Below are positions 30,098 through 43,999 of a DNA stretch of 64,000 bases, one piece after another. A model generated the notes under the pieces. That model saw only the letters and a list, made by a program, of their open reading frames with translations. It had not been told where the DNA came from and did not search any database. This DNA is from the human T2T-CHM13v2.0 reference genome, Homo sapiens. The position numbers were made by a program, and so were the translations under genes. The stretch lies in assembly GCF_009914755.1 (NCBI RefSeq), contig NC_060933.1; one strand, written 5' to 3'. Numbering within the stretch: the stretch's first letter is position 1; each line of letters opens with the position of its first letter.

Positions 30098-31509
30098 TAA
30101 AAATTTGATGAATGCATGTCAACTGACTAGGTCTCTGTGTTTCAATTCCAAATTTTTGGAAGACAGAATCTGATTGGCCCATCCTGTGCCAGAGATCCAC
30201 CCCTTGTTCAATCAGCTGTCAGCAGAAGGAGCAGGGTCACCTGATACAAAAGACCACAGCTTCTGGGCTAAGAAGAAGGAGAGTTCTATAAAATATGAGT
30301 GTGATTGGGGAGGAAGTAATCGACTTCTTAGATATATTATGGGTAGTATTATGGATAGCAGATCCATAATATATAATATATGTAGGCAAACATAAGCAAT
30401 GTGTAATATCTGTAAGCATGAATCCTGAACGATGGGAGTTATCCCCATTTTATAGCTGGGGAAACAGATTCAGAGAGTGAAAGTGACTTTTCCAAGGTTG
30501 CTCCTTTTAATGGCAAAGCCATGGTTTCAATTCAGGGCTGCCACATTGCTTCTTGGCATTCCTTAAGTCTTTCTGGAACTCATTTTTATATCCGCTTATT
30601 CATCCATTCAACTAGAAATTATCCAGCACTGGCCATGGGCCTGGCATGATGTAAAGCCCTGGTCACACAGACATGTCTGGAAACCGATCAAGAGCATAAG
30701 GGAGGGTTCTTGCCCTGCAAAATATTATAGATTTTCTAGGGAGAGGAGACATACAAACACCACAAGTTCAGGCATTGTTGCATAAAGTGCCCCCAGGAGT
30801 GAGCAATACTGCAAAGGCTATGGGATGGAAGAGTAGAGAGAACTCCGTGGACTGGCATAGCTGGGGAAGTCTCCTGGAGAAGGCAGAACTCCATTTAGGT
30901 GCCCCAGATTAGAGGGGAGAAGGAAGGAAGGACTTCACACAAGCAGAGCTGTGTGCATTCTACCTCCTGAACATCATTCATTTACATCCGTTTCTCTACA
31001 TCCCCCTGGGCCCCATCCTGGTCCCAGTCACTAGCATCCCTTGCCTGGACACAGCCTAAGCCTTCAACATATCTGCCTCCTTCTTGTCTTGTTCCCCACC
31101 AATGGATTGGTATTGTCGATCTTTTTTTTTAATTGATAAAATACTTCAATCATATCAAAAAGTATAGTAAACAATGCAAGGGTCACCAAGATACCATCAT
31201 TTAGATTCAATAGATATAAACATTTCTGCATATTCATTTCAGTTCTGTCTTTTATAGAAATATAACAATTTCAGCTGAATTCCTGCTCTACCCCTTAACC
31301 CTCCCTCCCCTTTCTAATGTTCTGTTAGATTGACCATCATTCCTACGCGGTTTTCTACTTTTTCTACTGATGCTGTATTCACAAAGCATATGTGGCATTT
31401 TGTGTATTTTCATTGGTAATGCTCACATACATAAGGTTCATATCATTTTGCAACTTGTCTTTCTTTCTCCACTGCTCATTGTTTTTCAGATTTATTCTTG
31501 ATACAAGGA

Positions 31510-31923
31510 TGCGTTAGGCCATTCTTGCATTGCTGCAAAGGAAACCTGAGGGTGGGTGATTTAAAAAGAGAAGAAGTTTAATTGGCTCATGGTTCTGCAG
31601 GCTGTACAGAAATCATGGTGCTGGCACCTGCTTCTGGTGAGGCCTCAGAAAACTTACAATCATGGTGGAAGGTAACAGGGAGCCAGCATGTCACATGGCC
31701 AGAGTGGGAGCAAGAGAGCGAGGGAGGAAGTGCCACATACGTTTAAACAACCAGATGTCACGTGAACTGAGTGAGAACTCACTCATCACCAAGGGGAGAT
31801 GGTGCTAAACCATTCATGAGGGATCTGCCCCCATGATCCAATCACCTCCCACCAGGCCCCACCTCCAACATTGGGAATCACATTTCAACATGAGATTTGG
31901 AGACAAACTTCCAAACTATATCA
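31510..31923 (-). mobile_element. MSTA/MSTB-like solo LTR
   Basis: TTAGGCCATTCTTGCATTGCT...CCCCCATGATCCAATCACCTCCCACCAGGCCCCACCTCCAACA...CCAAACTATATCA. Confidence 0.9.
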
Positions 31924-32138
31924 GGGGAGATCTAGTTAATTCATTTAACTGCTGTATAGCATCCCATTGTGTGAATGAATCACAGTTTACCTGTTTCCCT
32001 ATAGATGCCTGGTTAGCTTGTTTCTACTTTTTCACTATTAAAAATGGCACTGCAGTGAATATCCTTCCATATACCTCTTTGGGCACATGTGTATGTGGTT
32101 TTCTCCTAGGGTAGAAACCAAGAAACGGAATTGCTGGG

Positions 32139-32463
32139 TGCTATGGTCTGAATGTTTGTGTCCCTCCAAAATTCATATGTTGAAACCTAATCCCCAAGGT
32201 AATGGTATTAGAAGGTGGGGACTTTGAAAGGTGATTAGGTGATGAGAGCTCTGCCCTTGTGAATGGGATTAGTGTCCTTATAAAATAGGCCAGAGAAAGC
32301 TCCTTCGCTCCTTTCACCATGTGAGGACATAGCAAGAAGGCAACATCTATGAACCAGGTGGTGATTCCCTCACTAGACACTGAATCTGCTGGCAACCTGA
32401 CTTTGGACTTTTCAGCCTCCAGTTTATGGCACTCTGTGATAGCAGCCTGGATGGACTAAGACA
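32139..32463 (+). mobile_element. MLT1A0/MSTD-like solo LTR
   Basis: TGCTATGGTCTGAATGTTTGTGTCCCTCCAAAATTCATATGTTGAAACC...GGACTAAGACA; 5-bp TSD CTGGG. Confidence 0.9.
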
Positions 32464-33056
32464 CTGGGCCAAAAATACACAGATCTTCAACTCTACTGGT
32501 GTTGCTAAAGATTCTTTAAAATGGCAGTGCCACATTATATGTGCACTCCTCCAGTGTCTGTGAAATAAGAATTCCAGTGGCTTCACATCTTCACAGTCAC
32601 TTGGTGTTGTCAATATTTTTCTTTAAAAAAAATCAAATTTCTCCTTCTTTCTTCTATCTTCTATGGCAGATAGAGGAATCTTTCTAAAATGCAAACCTGA
32701 TCATGCCCCTTCCCTGCTTAAAACCCCTCCAGTGGGCCCTCACTGCTCCCTGTAAAACACCCACGCTCGAGTGACCCACAGGCTCTGTGTGAGGAGTCGG
32801 TGCCTGCTCACCTCTCCAGGCTCACCTCTCTCTCCTCCCCTGCCCCAACATGGCTGAGCATACAGACACACACATGCACACATGCGGGTATGCATACCTA
32901 TGGGCATGATATTGTCCAATCAAACTAAACCATATACATTTCCCCTAATCTACTGACCTTTTCTTGTTTGAGGGTCTTGGGATACGCTGCTCTCTCTGCC
33001 TGAAATATTCTTATTCTTCCCCTTCTTCCCCTTCCCCACTCTTTAGAGGCTGAATC

Positions 33057-33335
33057 TTTTTTTTGGAGACTGTCTCACTCTATCGCCCAGGCTGGGGTGC
33101 CATCTTGGCTTACTGCAACCTTCGCCTCCCGGGTTCAAAAGATTCTCGTGCCTCAGCCTCCAGAGTAGCTGGGATTATAGGTGCATGCCACCACGCCTGG
33201 CTAATTTTTTTGTATTTTTAGTAGAGACGGGGTTCCACCATGTTGGCCAGGCTGGTCTCGAACTCCTGGCCTCAAGTGATGTGCCTGCCTTGGCCTCCCA
33301 AAGTGTTGGGATTACAGGCGTGAGCCACCTGGCCC
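33057..33335 (-). mobile_element. AluS (within an L2 remnant)
   Basis: Reverse Alu; TSD AGAGGCTGA(A/T)TC. Confidence 0.95.
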
Positions 33336-36300
33336 AGAGGCTGATTCCTACCAGCCCTCAGCTCTTGGCTTGCTGCCTCCTCCCTGGGAAGCCTTCACGG
33401 GCATTCTGAGCCTGCGCGTGATGCCTTTCCTCAGTTTCCCAGCCAGCACCCTCCACTTTGGGCCTCACAGTTCTCGGGACACTGACTTGTGATTGCCTGT
33501 TTATCATCTCCCTGTCCCACTGTTCTGTAGACTTCTTCATATCAGGGCTTGTGTGCTCAGCCTATTTATTGAATAAATTTCTTACATAATCTGCGGACAG
33601 GAGACGGGTCTGGATGGAACAGAAGTGGCAAGAGGAGAAGCAGCAGGAAATCAGACTGGAGAGAAAGTGCTGAACCATAACCTCAGAACTCCAATCCCCA
33701 GGTAAGGAAACAGACTCGGCAAGATGACTGACCTTGTCTAGAGTCACATATTCAGTCAGTGTCAGAGCCGGATTTTATCTGCAGTCTCCTGACTTGAGGT
33801 TGGGGCGCTCTCTGCCGCATTTTAGCTGTGGACAATGGGAAGGAATCAGTATAGCAGGAGAGAGATGGGGCTGCCAGGGAGGGCAGGAAGTGCCGGGAGG
33901 GAGGCCTTGGGATCTGGGATGCAGGTGGACGGCTTGGCTCTGCAGACATAATCCTGGGTCCTCTGGGAGGCGAGGAAGGAAGAAACATTGGGCCAGTTTC
34001 CTAGAACAGACACTTGTCCAGGCTGCCTGGGGAGACTTGGGTGGGCCGCCTCTTCTCCTGGGAGGAGCAGACTTGTAAGAAGAAATGCATCCTCTCCCTG
34101 AAGACCCAGCCCACCTGAGTGGCATCAGGAGAATGATTTCTCAAGATCCCCCTTTGGCAGGAGGGACACCAGAGCCAAGGACAGCCAGGAAGAATTAAAG
34201 GAAGAATTAAAGGCCTAATGCAAGCAGGCAGGTGCTGGCCCGGGGACTGAAGTTCAGCTCCTCCAGCCAAAGGGGCTATAGAGGGTAGAGGTCAGGCTCA
34301 GAGGCTTGGGGTCACTGGCATGTAGAGGAGCCCTTCTGTGCATCTGCTCATGTGTGGCAGGGCAAGGGGACATCAGTAAAATGGGGACAACAATACCTAT
34401 ATGTCATGTGATTATGGTGAGAATTAAGTAAAATTATTGTAAAAATGGAAAGGGCTCAGAAGAGTGCTTGGCACAGAACATCACTCAGCTGCCCATAGTT
34501 ATTATTATTTGCCCACAGGGTTGTTGGGAGGAGTAAACAGGACAGCCTGGTGGACAGACCCTGTAAGGCTGGGTCAATGACTACGAGCAGGCTTCTTCTG
34601 TTAGGAACTCAACCAGTGAGTGTAGATGAGGATGGGAAATCCTCATCTACAGAGAGGCAGAGAGGAGGGGCGTGGCCTCCAGGGAACCAGCCTCCTCCAT
34701 TACTTGAGTTTCTGCACCTGACAGCTTCATCATGGATGACACAGGTCACCTCTGGAAAGATGCTTACAGCTCACACAATCCAGCTCTCCAGCTGCATACA
34801 AGGGGAAACCGAGACCCAGAGGGTAGAAGTGACTTGTCCTGGGCCATGTGCAAGGCACATCTGAGCCCCACTTCTGGACTCAGACCTAAGGTTCCTTCTT
34901 CTGTTGCATCAGCCGAGGTCTCAGTGTTTGGCATTTCTTCCCACAGTTGTCCTCTGCCTCAGAAATCAACGGGCTCTCACCAGCTCTGAGAACCTCAACC
35001 TTTGAGAGCTCCCTGATTTGATTCCTTTCTTCCTGTTTTCCCGTAGAAGCCAGTTGAAAAGCAATTGAAAGCCACTTCCACCTCTGGTGACCTCTCCAGA
35101 ACTCTCCCTCCCTCGGCCTCTCCTGGAGAGGTCAGGAGCAGATTAGCAGTGTGTACCTATCTGCACCCTTCACGAAGGTTTTCAGGGGCAGGTGGTCTCC
35201 TTTTCCTCAAATGGAGTGCCCTCCCTCCCTCCTTCGCTGCACCCTCCCTCCCTTCTTCCCTTCCTTCTTTTCTTCTTTTCTTCCTCACACACCTTGCTGT
35301 GTCAAAACCACCCATCTGGTACACACAGAAGTTCATTCTGAGTGACCTTGAGCCTGCATCTTTGTTGCACAGGTAGAATTTCTCTACTGAAAAATAGTTT
35401 CAGGAGAAAATAGATACAAAATGCCAGGCCTGGTAAGAGCTCATTTGTAAGGCATATATTGACCAACAAGCCCAGGAATTATAGGCATGCAAAATGGGGG
35501 AAAATGAAGCTTTAGATTTTTTCTTGTAGCTACCGTGATTTTTTGATAAGCTGTTAGAGCAGCCCATGGCGGGTCTTGCTGCTTTAATAAACTCTCGTGG
35601 GGCCAGAGGAGTCTCGTATCCATGAAGCAGGTTCACGTATGTTATTTCATCTGAAACATACAACTGCCCTCTGAGGTGAGCTGGACAGAATTGTTTCCTC
35701 CACTTTTCTGATGAGGAAACCGAAGCTCAGAGAGATCAAGGAGTTTCTCCTAAAGATCTGACAGACCCAAGGCTTCGACCAAGTGTTTCTGACTCCACAT
35801 CTAGGGCTCCTTTTACTAACAATTCTACTTGAGAGAAATCCAGACTTTTAAACTTAGGACAAGATCCTACCCAGAATTTTTAGTTAAGAGCTAGAATTAA
35901 GTGAATCTGAAGTGCACATTATCCACAAAAGGGATAAATTATAGTAAAGATAAAAGTGACCATTGAATCAACGACAACTAGACTGTCCCCTCTGGTCTCC
36001 CTGTTCCACCTTTGAACTCCAAGTTAGACTTTTATCCTCAAAGCCTTCCCTGGCTCCCTACTCACCCGCTGGGGTGGAGTGGATTATTTTTCCTCTGGGC
36101 CAACCTTTTCACGTTCTGTGAGTCTCAACTACAATTTGCATTATATTGTCATTCATTCATTCATTCATTCATTCATTCATTTGTTCATTCACAGAACTCT
36201 CTTGTCCCATGTGCGATGAGTTCCTCAGGGTAGTGACCTTCCCTGTGGCACAGTATCCTTAGGCAGTGAAACGATTCTGCAAGTGAACTGGCCTGGCCTG

Positions 36301-37473
36301 GTCTAATTCAAGGACACAACAATGTGTACCAAGTCTGGTGCTGGGCTTGGAGCAGTGGCATTTGCTGACTCAGAGAGGGGCTTGCAGCAAGTAGGGTGGT
36401 GGCCAGGAGCTGGGGAATGGGCATTGTGGGAGGGTCTTGACCAGCAGACAGATTTTGGGGAAGTCTGGGAGCCCAGGCTATAGCCACTGGCCTGAGGTTT
36501 GGGATCAGGACTCAAGTCTTTGGAGTTAGGGTTCAGGAACTTACAATGATCTTGGAAGAAACAGGCTGCAAGGCCAGGATTGGTATCAGGAATGAGTCAA
36601 AAGTCCTTCCCCTTGGAGGCCCAGCTGCCGGGCCCATGGGGGCTGAGCCCTCTGAACACCCTGGCAAAGGGCCAAGGATCTGGGGCCGTCTCAGCTGTCG
36701 GGGCAGGAGGCTGGGAGTGGGGAGGCAGGCAAGATATTTTAAGAAGCCGCATTTTTCTCATTTCCAAAAGGCAGAAGAGCTGAGTAGTTAAAGTACAAAG
36801 AAAAAAAAAAAGTTTGGTTTAGAAATTGCCCTAACCTAGATTCTCAGATAAAGGAGGGAGCCTTTCATATAGAGCTTTTTGTGATTGCTATGGTACAGGG
36901 GACCTCTCTTGCTTTGTGCAGAACAACCATCATTTCCGTTCCCTCCGAATAGCCCTAGTCCATCACTCTGACCCCAAAGACAGGCCGATGTCCAGAAATC
37001 ATATTGAGTAACTCAGCTCATATCTTACCAAACAAGTTGGATTTTACTTTCTGGGTAAAAAAGTTATCGGTTCATGGTCTGTGCAATTACTTTGAAGATG
37101 GCTCATTCTCATTGCCTCTTGAAGGAAAGTTCCCAGTCTCTGCACACTTTTTTTGCTATGGCAAGGAGCACCAGCTGCTCACCTGTCCTCCACACCAGGG
37201 GAGTGAAAGACCAAGTTGTCATATGCTTGAAGAAATGAAAAGGGGAAACTAATAATATTTATTGAGAACGTGCTACGTGGAGGCATGGTCTTAGGCCTTT
37301 CATATGTATTATTCTATGTGTATATATTTACATACATACACACGGCAGTGCGGGGAGATAAGGTGTTACTATTCCCAATCTCCAAAGGAATAAATGAAGA
37401 CTCAGTTGCCATTTAACAAAAGTGTTGGAGTTTGGATTTGAACTCCAGCTCAATCCTCTCTACAGATCTCTGA

Positions 37474-37818
<345 letters not shown>

Positions 37819-39448
37819 TTCTTCACCGCTTTTCTGCACAGTGAAGATACCCCGGAAGGACTGGTGCTACCTTTTCAGAGCTGGAATGATTATACCAAAG
37901 GCCACTGGAGCTGGTCTGGCCACCAGGAGCTTTCTGATTTCCCAAGTGTCCCTCCTTTATGCCAGTCTCTGATGTCAGCTAGACCACTGGTTGGCTGGCC
38001 CAGTTATCCAGATCTGAAGGCCCTGCCCTGGCCTAGGGGCCCTTATTGATAAGAAGAGAGTGATGCTGCTGGTTCCCTGCTAGGGGAGCGGTGAACCCAG
38101 CCGAGAGGACATGTTGGCTGCACAGGTTTGCCTGCTAAAGGAGCCAGCGCAGTTGGCTGCAGGGAATTTGATGAAAATAATCAGCTGCAAACTCTTAAAA
38201 AACAAACAGACTTCGATCCAGAGGTTTGAATAACAGCCCTCTCAGCCAGATGGCCGCAGGAGCCTCGCCAGGGAGAAAAAAATGATCTCCTGCCCTGAAT
38301 TTCCTCTTTGTTCTGGACCCTGCTCTCGGTGGACAGCATCGGTGCACCCCACCCTCGAGAGCGCCAGCCGCCCGGACAGGGCCTTGTGTTTAGGGAGCTT
38401 AAGGCAGCTTTCCCCAGATTAGGGTTTTGGGACAGGGAATCCAGGCAAAGAAGCGGCTTTCTTGTCCCAGTATGAGTCACCACAGGCTGGAGGAAGCACA
38501 CAGCTGTCTGCATCTGGGCCTGGAATGTGGTTTCCTCTTCACAGGACACTCCCAAGGAGACTGGGACCCTTGTGGGTACAGGACAGGAAGTCGTAAGCAG
38601 GGCCACCCTGTGTGGGGCAGACCTGGACACCATGGTCCCCTCCAACAGGGCTTCACGTCCGAGCTATTGGGAAGAGAATGCTAGCTTGCTGCCACATTAC
38701 ATTGCAACCATGTCTGGAACAAGTGGTAGGGAGTGCAACCTCCCAGACTCAGCCCCCGATGGCTCCAATAAGAGCACTGATGTAAGACTGAGACCAATGT
38801 GGATTCGAATCCTTAGTCTTCTACTGTGTGACCTCAGACAACTTATTTGACTTCTCTGAGCCTGTTTTTACTTCCCTGAGTTTTAATGAGAATAATAAAG
38901 AAATTACATTTTCAATGCATATAGCACAGTATCTGGCACATAGCAGGCACAAAATAAACATTGGTTTCCTCCCTCCCAGCCTTCTGGCCCAGAGCCTCTT
39001 GGTACCAAGAATTTCTTCTAATGCCTACTCCTAAATGCTTTCACTGATCCGTGGTTCAACCTGTCATTCTTGGCTTTTGGCAAAACTTCCAAGTACAATC
39101 CTCTCCCATCTTCCCTGAATGGATTCCTCTCTCTCCTCTATTGTTATTTTAGTGACTCTGTTTGCCAGTATGTATTTTGATTTACTAAGCTACCACAGAT
39201 TCTGTTTGGAAGTAGGCTAGGCAGGGTATGCAATTACAGTGATGTTGCATCAGGCTCATCTAACTTACAAGTTATTTTATTTTTTAATTTTTAATTTTTA
39301 TGGGTATATCAGGTATATATATATATTTATGGGTTCAATGAGAAACTTTGATATAGGCATGCAATGCCTAATAATCACATCAGGGTAAATGGCGTATCCA
39401 ACACCTCAAGCATTTATCACAAGGTAATTTTAGGATTTCCTCCCCTCT

Positions 39449-39750
39449 GGATGGGCGATATGGCTCACTCCCAGCTCTTTGGGAAGCTGAGGCAGGAGGG
39501 TCCGTTGAGCTCAGGAGTTTGAGGCCAACCTAGGCAACATAGTGAGACCTCCTTCTCTACAAACAAACAAACAAACAAACAAAATTAGCTGAGCATGGTG
39601 GCACATGCCTGTGGTCCCAGCTACTCAGGAGGCTGAGGTGGGAGGATCACTTGGGCCTAGGAGGTCAAGGCTATAGTGAGCTGTGATTGTGCCACTGCCC
39701 TCCAGCCTGGGTGACAGAGCTAGACTCTGTCTTTAAAAAAAAAAAAAAAA
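39449..39750 (+). mobile_element. AluJ
   Basis: GAGGTCAAGGCTATAGTGAGCTGTGATTGTGCC diagnostics; (AAAC)n linker; polyA. Confidence 0.9.
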
Positions 39751-39797
39751 GCTTCACAACAACAAACAAATCTATTAATATGTACTAAAATGTTAAA

Positions 39798-40157
39798 GTG
39801 TATTAGTCAGGATAGGCTGGATTTTGCTTCAGTAATAAACAACTCTTAAATATGCATGGCTTAAAATAGCAAAGGCTCACTTCTCACTCATGCTCCACAT
39901 TCATTGTAGGTTTGTGGGGTCATCGTTCACACTGACCTGTCTTAGATACTCAAGGTTCACCACCTGGAATGCTGTGGGTCACTGCAGCAGGGGGAGGAGA
40001 AGATGAAGAATCTCTTAGCAGCACTAGAATGCTTCTGCCTGGTGGTAACACACCACTTCCCATTTCACAGGCCAAAGGAAGGGACATACAATCCTATTGT
40101 GTGCTCAGGTGGAAAATAACCAGAAAAACTGAGGAACAAGCATTAATGTTGACTACA
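39798..40157 (-). mobile_element. MLT1I/J-like LTR
   Basis: TGTATTAGTCAGGATAGGCTGG...CATGGCTTAAAATAGCAAAGG. Confidence 0.65.
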
Positions 40158-41261
40158 TAGAGGCTCAGTGTTTTAAAATAATAGAGGAAACCCTGCAGGC
40201 AAGAAGAAGTTTCAGTATTCTCCACTCTTGCCATTAATCACTAGGGATTTGCTGGCCATTTTAAAATCAGAATATGCCCAGACATTTGCATAGAAGAAGT
40301 TCCTTTTGTTTCTCCCTTCGGTCTATGTCAGAGGTCCTGAATTTCCAGTGTGCGTAAGTATTCTTGTTTGCCATTGTACAACGCTGTGTACACAATCCTA
40401 AAAGGCTTTCAGAGTGTTTTGGACATAAGCATTTTCCCTGTATGTGCTGAGTTTAGAACCTAATTTACTTAGGATGTGACTTTGCAGTACTTAATTGACA
40501 CTAATGCCTGATTTTAGTTGTCCCAAAGTTTTATCACATTCTCCTCTTCTGTGCGTCACTTACAACCCTAGGAGCTAGTTTTTATCCAAAACTCTGAAAA
40601 ACGTCGTCCACATACATTATCTTATTTAGTAACACTTGTAACCCAAAGGAGTTGGTTTATTAGTGGAACATTTCCATTCTACAGAGAGGGCAAGTGACTT
40701 GCTCAAGGACACAGCGCAGATATGTGGAAGTCGAATTTGTGAACATATTTCTGTCTGGCTTTAAATTCTGTGACTTTCTCATGATCCTAGGCAGGCTTCC
40801 AGCTGGGACAAGGAGGTCTTATTTGGAAAGGGAGTTTATAGGCCCTGAACTCTGCTCTGGAAATCTGTGAAAAGAACAGGAGGGAATGAGAGGCTCAGCC
40901 CCATAGACCCTTCTCCCTGCTGCCATCCACTCAGGGCATTGTGCTTAGTGAAAGCCCAGTTTCCGCAGGGATTACTTTGGGCACACAACATTCTAGGAGC
41001 TGGATGTCCAGGAATTCCTGTTAATTAGGCATTTATTCACGGAATAAATGTTTCCCTGAAGAGCTTTCTGCAGCTGGCCAATGTTCCGGTTTGGTCGTGG
41101 GCAGTGAGATGCCCATTAGTCTAGAATACACGACAGTGTGAGGCGCACGTTCACACGTGAATTGCCCGTGTAAGTAGTATAAGTATGTAACATGTATAAG
41201 TGTGTAAGCTGTGTAATATGTATGTGTAGGGTTGGTGCTTGTGTTAGCTGTTCTCTGTTTG

Positions 41262-41446
41262 TAGAGTCACTAGATAAAATACAGGATGCTCAATTTAATC
41301 TGAACTTCAGATGAGCATCAAATTATTTTTTAGTATAAATTTATCCATGCAGCATTTGGAACATAATTATACTAAAAACATGTTATTCATCTGAAATTCA
41401 AATGTAACTGGTCATCTTGTGTTTCGGTTTGGTAATCTGGCTGCTA
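41262..41446. mobile_element. MER53 palindromic MITE
   Basis: AGATAAAATACAGGATGC...TTTTTAGTATAA / TTATACTAAAAA...TCTGAAATTCAAATGTAACTGG. Confidence 0.85.
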
Positions 41447-41672
41447 TGTCTACATGCATGTGTGTCAGCATAAATGGACTTGCTTGTTTATACCCCAGGG
41501 TGCACCTGAGTGTGTGTGTTTGTGCCCGTGTGTCTCTGGGTGGGTACGGGGGTCTGTGTGCATGTGTACCTCGCTGATAAGGAGTCAGTGGCTGGTTGGG
41601 AACCAACTGCTTCACCATCCATAGCTCATCTCCTGCCAGTCCAACCCTACTGGAGCAAGAGGGGTCAGGATG

Positions 41673-41985
<313 letters not shown>

Positions 41986-42468
41986 TCAGGATGGGCCTTG
42001 AATACCTGGTCAGGGAGCTTGGACTTTCTCCTGAGGGTAGCCACGTAAGGCTCTGAGTAAGGGAGCAAACAGATCTAGATGTGTTCTACAGAAGTCCCTC
42101 TGGCTGCATTGCAGAGAAAGAGCTGGAGAAGGCAACACCAGAGGGAGGCTGAGGGAGCTGGATGGTGACCATAGTGAGGGAGGGTGAAGATCTGGGCTAA
42201 GGCTTTGGCAGTGGAGATGGAGGGAAAGGGTCTAATTGCAGGACTCGTTGAACAACCATGAAGGGGCTGAGGAAGTCTGAAGTTGCAGGTGGTGTTCATG
42301 TTTCCAGCCTGGGCACCTGGGCTGATGAACCATGGGCCCCTTGGTGTTTATCTTGCTCCCTTCCTCACCCTCAATGTCAGGCACAGTGCCTGGCATGTAG
42401 TGGATGCTCTGTGGGTGTTTATGGCATGAATACATGTACATGTTGATGAGAGAAGTGGGGAATACATC

Positions 42469-42558
42469 AGGAAGAGGAAGAGGAGAAGAAGGTAGAGGAG
42501 GGAGAGGGAGAGGAGGAAGCGAAGGAAGAGGAGAAGAAGGGGAGGGAGGAGGAGAGAT
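42469..42558. repeat. Polypurine (GA-rich) low-complexity tract
   Basis: AGGAAGAGGAAGAGGAGAAGAAGG... about 90 bp, almost pure A/G. Confidence 0.9.
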
Positions 42559-43999
42559 ACATCCTGACTGCATGTCAGCGCTGGGGACTGACAGTGTCTA
42601 TTTCATCCCTGGCTATAGCTCCACATTAAAATAGTACCCAGCAGTGAGTAAATGACAGTGTAAACCAAATCCAAGCACAGTGCCTGGCATATCGTAAAAG
42701 CTCAATAAATGTGCATTCCAACCTTCTTTTCAGGGAGTAAAGATGCTTCCATTATTCCAAGGAATTTCCTTCCCTGAGCACAGTTTTTCTGTTTTAGGGA
42801 GGTAAATGTCCTTTTGCTTGGGACATTTTGTCTTTTCTGCCATTGAATTCCTGGGAAATTCAAATGCACTGGGCCTCAAAGCTTGCTGTGGATCATGGGA
42901 CAGTTAGAGCCCTAGTGAACAACGGCCCGATCCCAGGGGATGGCGCTAGTCAGGGTCAACCCCCTCATGGCCTCTCCTTCCTTCTGACATAGCCTTGTCG
43001 TCTGTTGGGAACCCAGAGATTCTCCTGGGTCTGGCACATAGTATGTGCTGTGTAAATGTTTGCTGTGATTATTTTTGTTATTACTGTCCCTGGGCCTGGT
43101 GTTTCCTGAAATTGAATTATTTCTCTGACTCTAAAGCTTAGTTTATTTTATTTTATTCAAGCCTTTGGCTAACATCTCAATAGCTCAGGATTCCCAAAGC
43201 AGGGAAGACTAATTCTGACACGATCCCTTTCCGGCAATTTTTAAACACTCATGCCACAGAGGAAGGTAGGCTTCCTTCAAGAGCTCACTTAGTGTAGATA
43301 AACATTTGACCGGTGGATATGCAAACAGTCCAAAAATGCACCTTTTTCTAAGTGTAGGGTCTCAAAAAGGGTTTTCAGGATTCAATGCATATTCATTTAG
43401 TCATTGGCTTGTTCATCTAGTAGTTCCCACTGGAATATAAACCAGGGCAGGCTTTTTGCCTGCCTTGTGTGCTATTGGAAACCCAGTGGCCGAACAGGGC
43501 CCGACACTTCACAACTGCTCAATACATATTTGTTGAATGAATGAATGAATGAATGAGCATCTTATCTGTGCTGGGATGCCTGGCATTTGGATACCAGAAT
43601 TGGACACAGTCCCTGCAGTCCGTGAGCTTGTGGTCCTGCAGAACATCCCCTGCACCCAACGTCTACGTGAAATACAGTGCAGATCAACCCAACTGCCTGT
43701 GAGATAGGGAAGGCACCTGCAGGGGTCACGGAGCCAGGCAGAAGGAGAAGCACTTCTGCTAGGAATACCAGAGAAGGCGTCTTAGACTAAGTGGCATTTT
43801 TTTCCCCAAAAGTCTTGAAATCACCTTTTATTTTTGTTATTCTTTGTAGAATATGTCAATGTTTTAATAAGGACTCCATATACACATACAAAAGATCAAC
43901 TGTGCTAATTATGTTAGGCCAGGTTCATTGAATCCATTTTAATCTTCCAAATTTGTTTTTCTTTAAACCGTCAGTCTAATTATAATTTTAAAACTATGA

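Larger units (their letters stand above)
31120..32630 (-). mobile_element. Old L1M(E) fragment hosting two MaLR LTRs
   Basis: TTTTGCAACTTG...CACTATTAAAAATGGCACTGCAGTGAATATCC...GGAATTGCTGGG. Confidence 0.65.
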
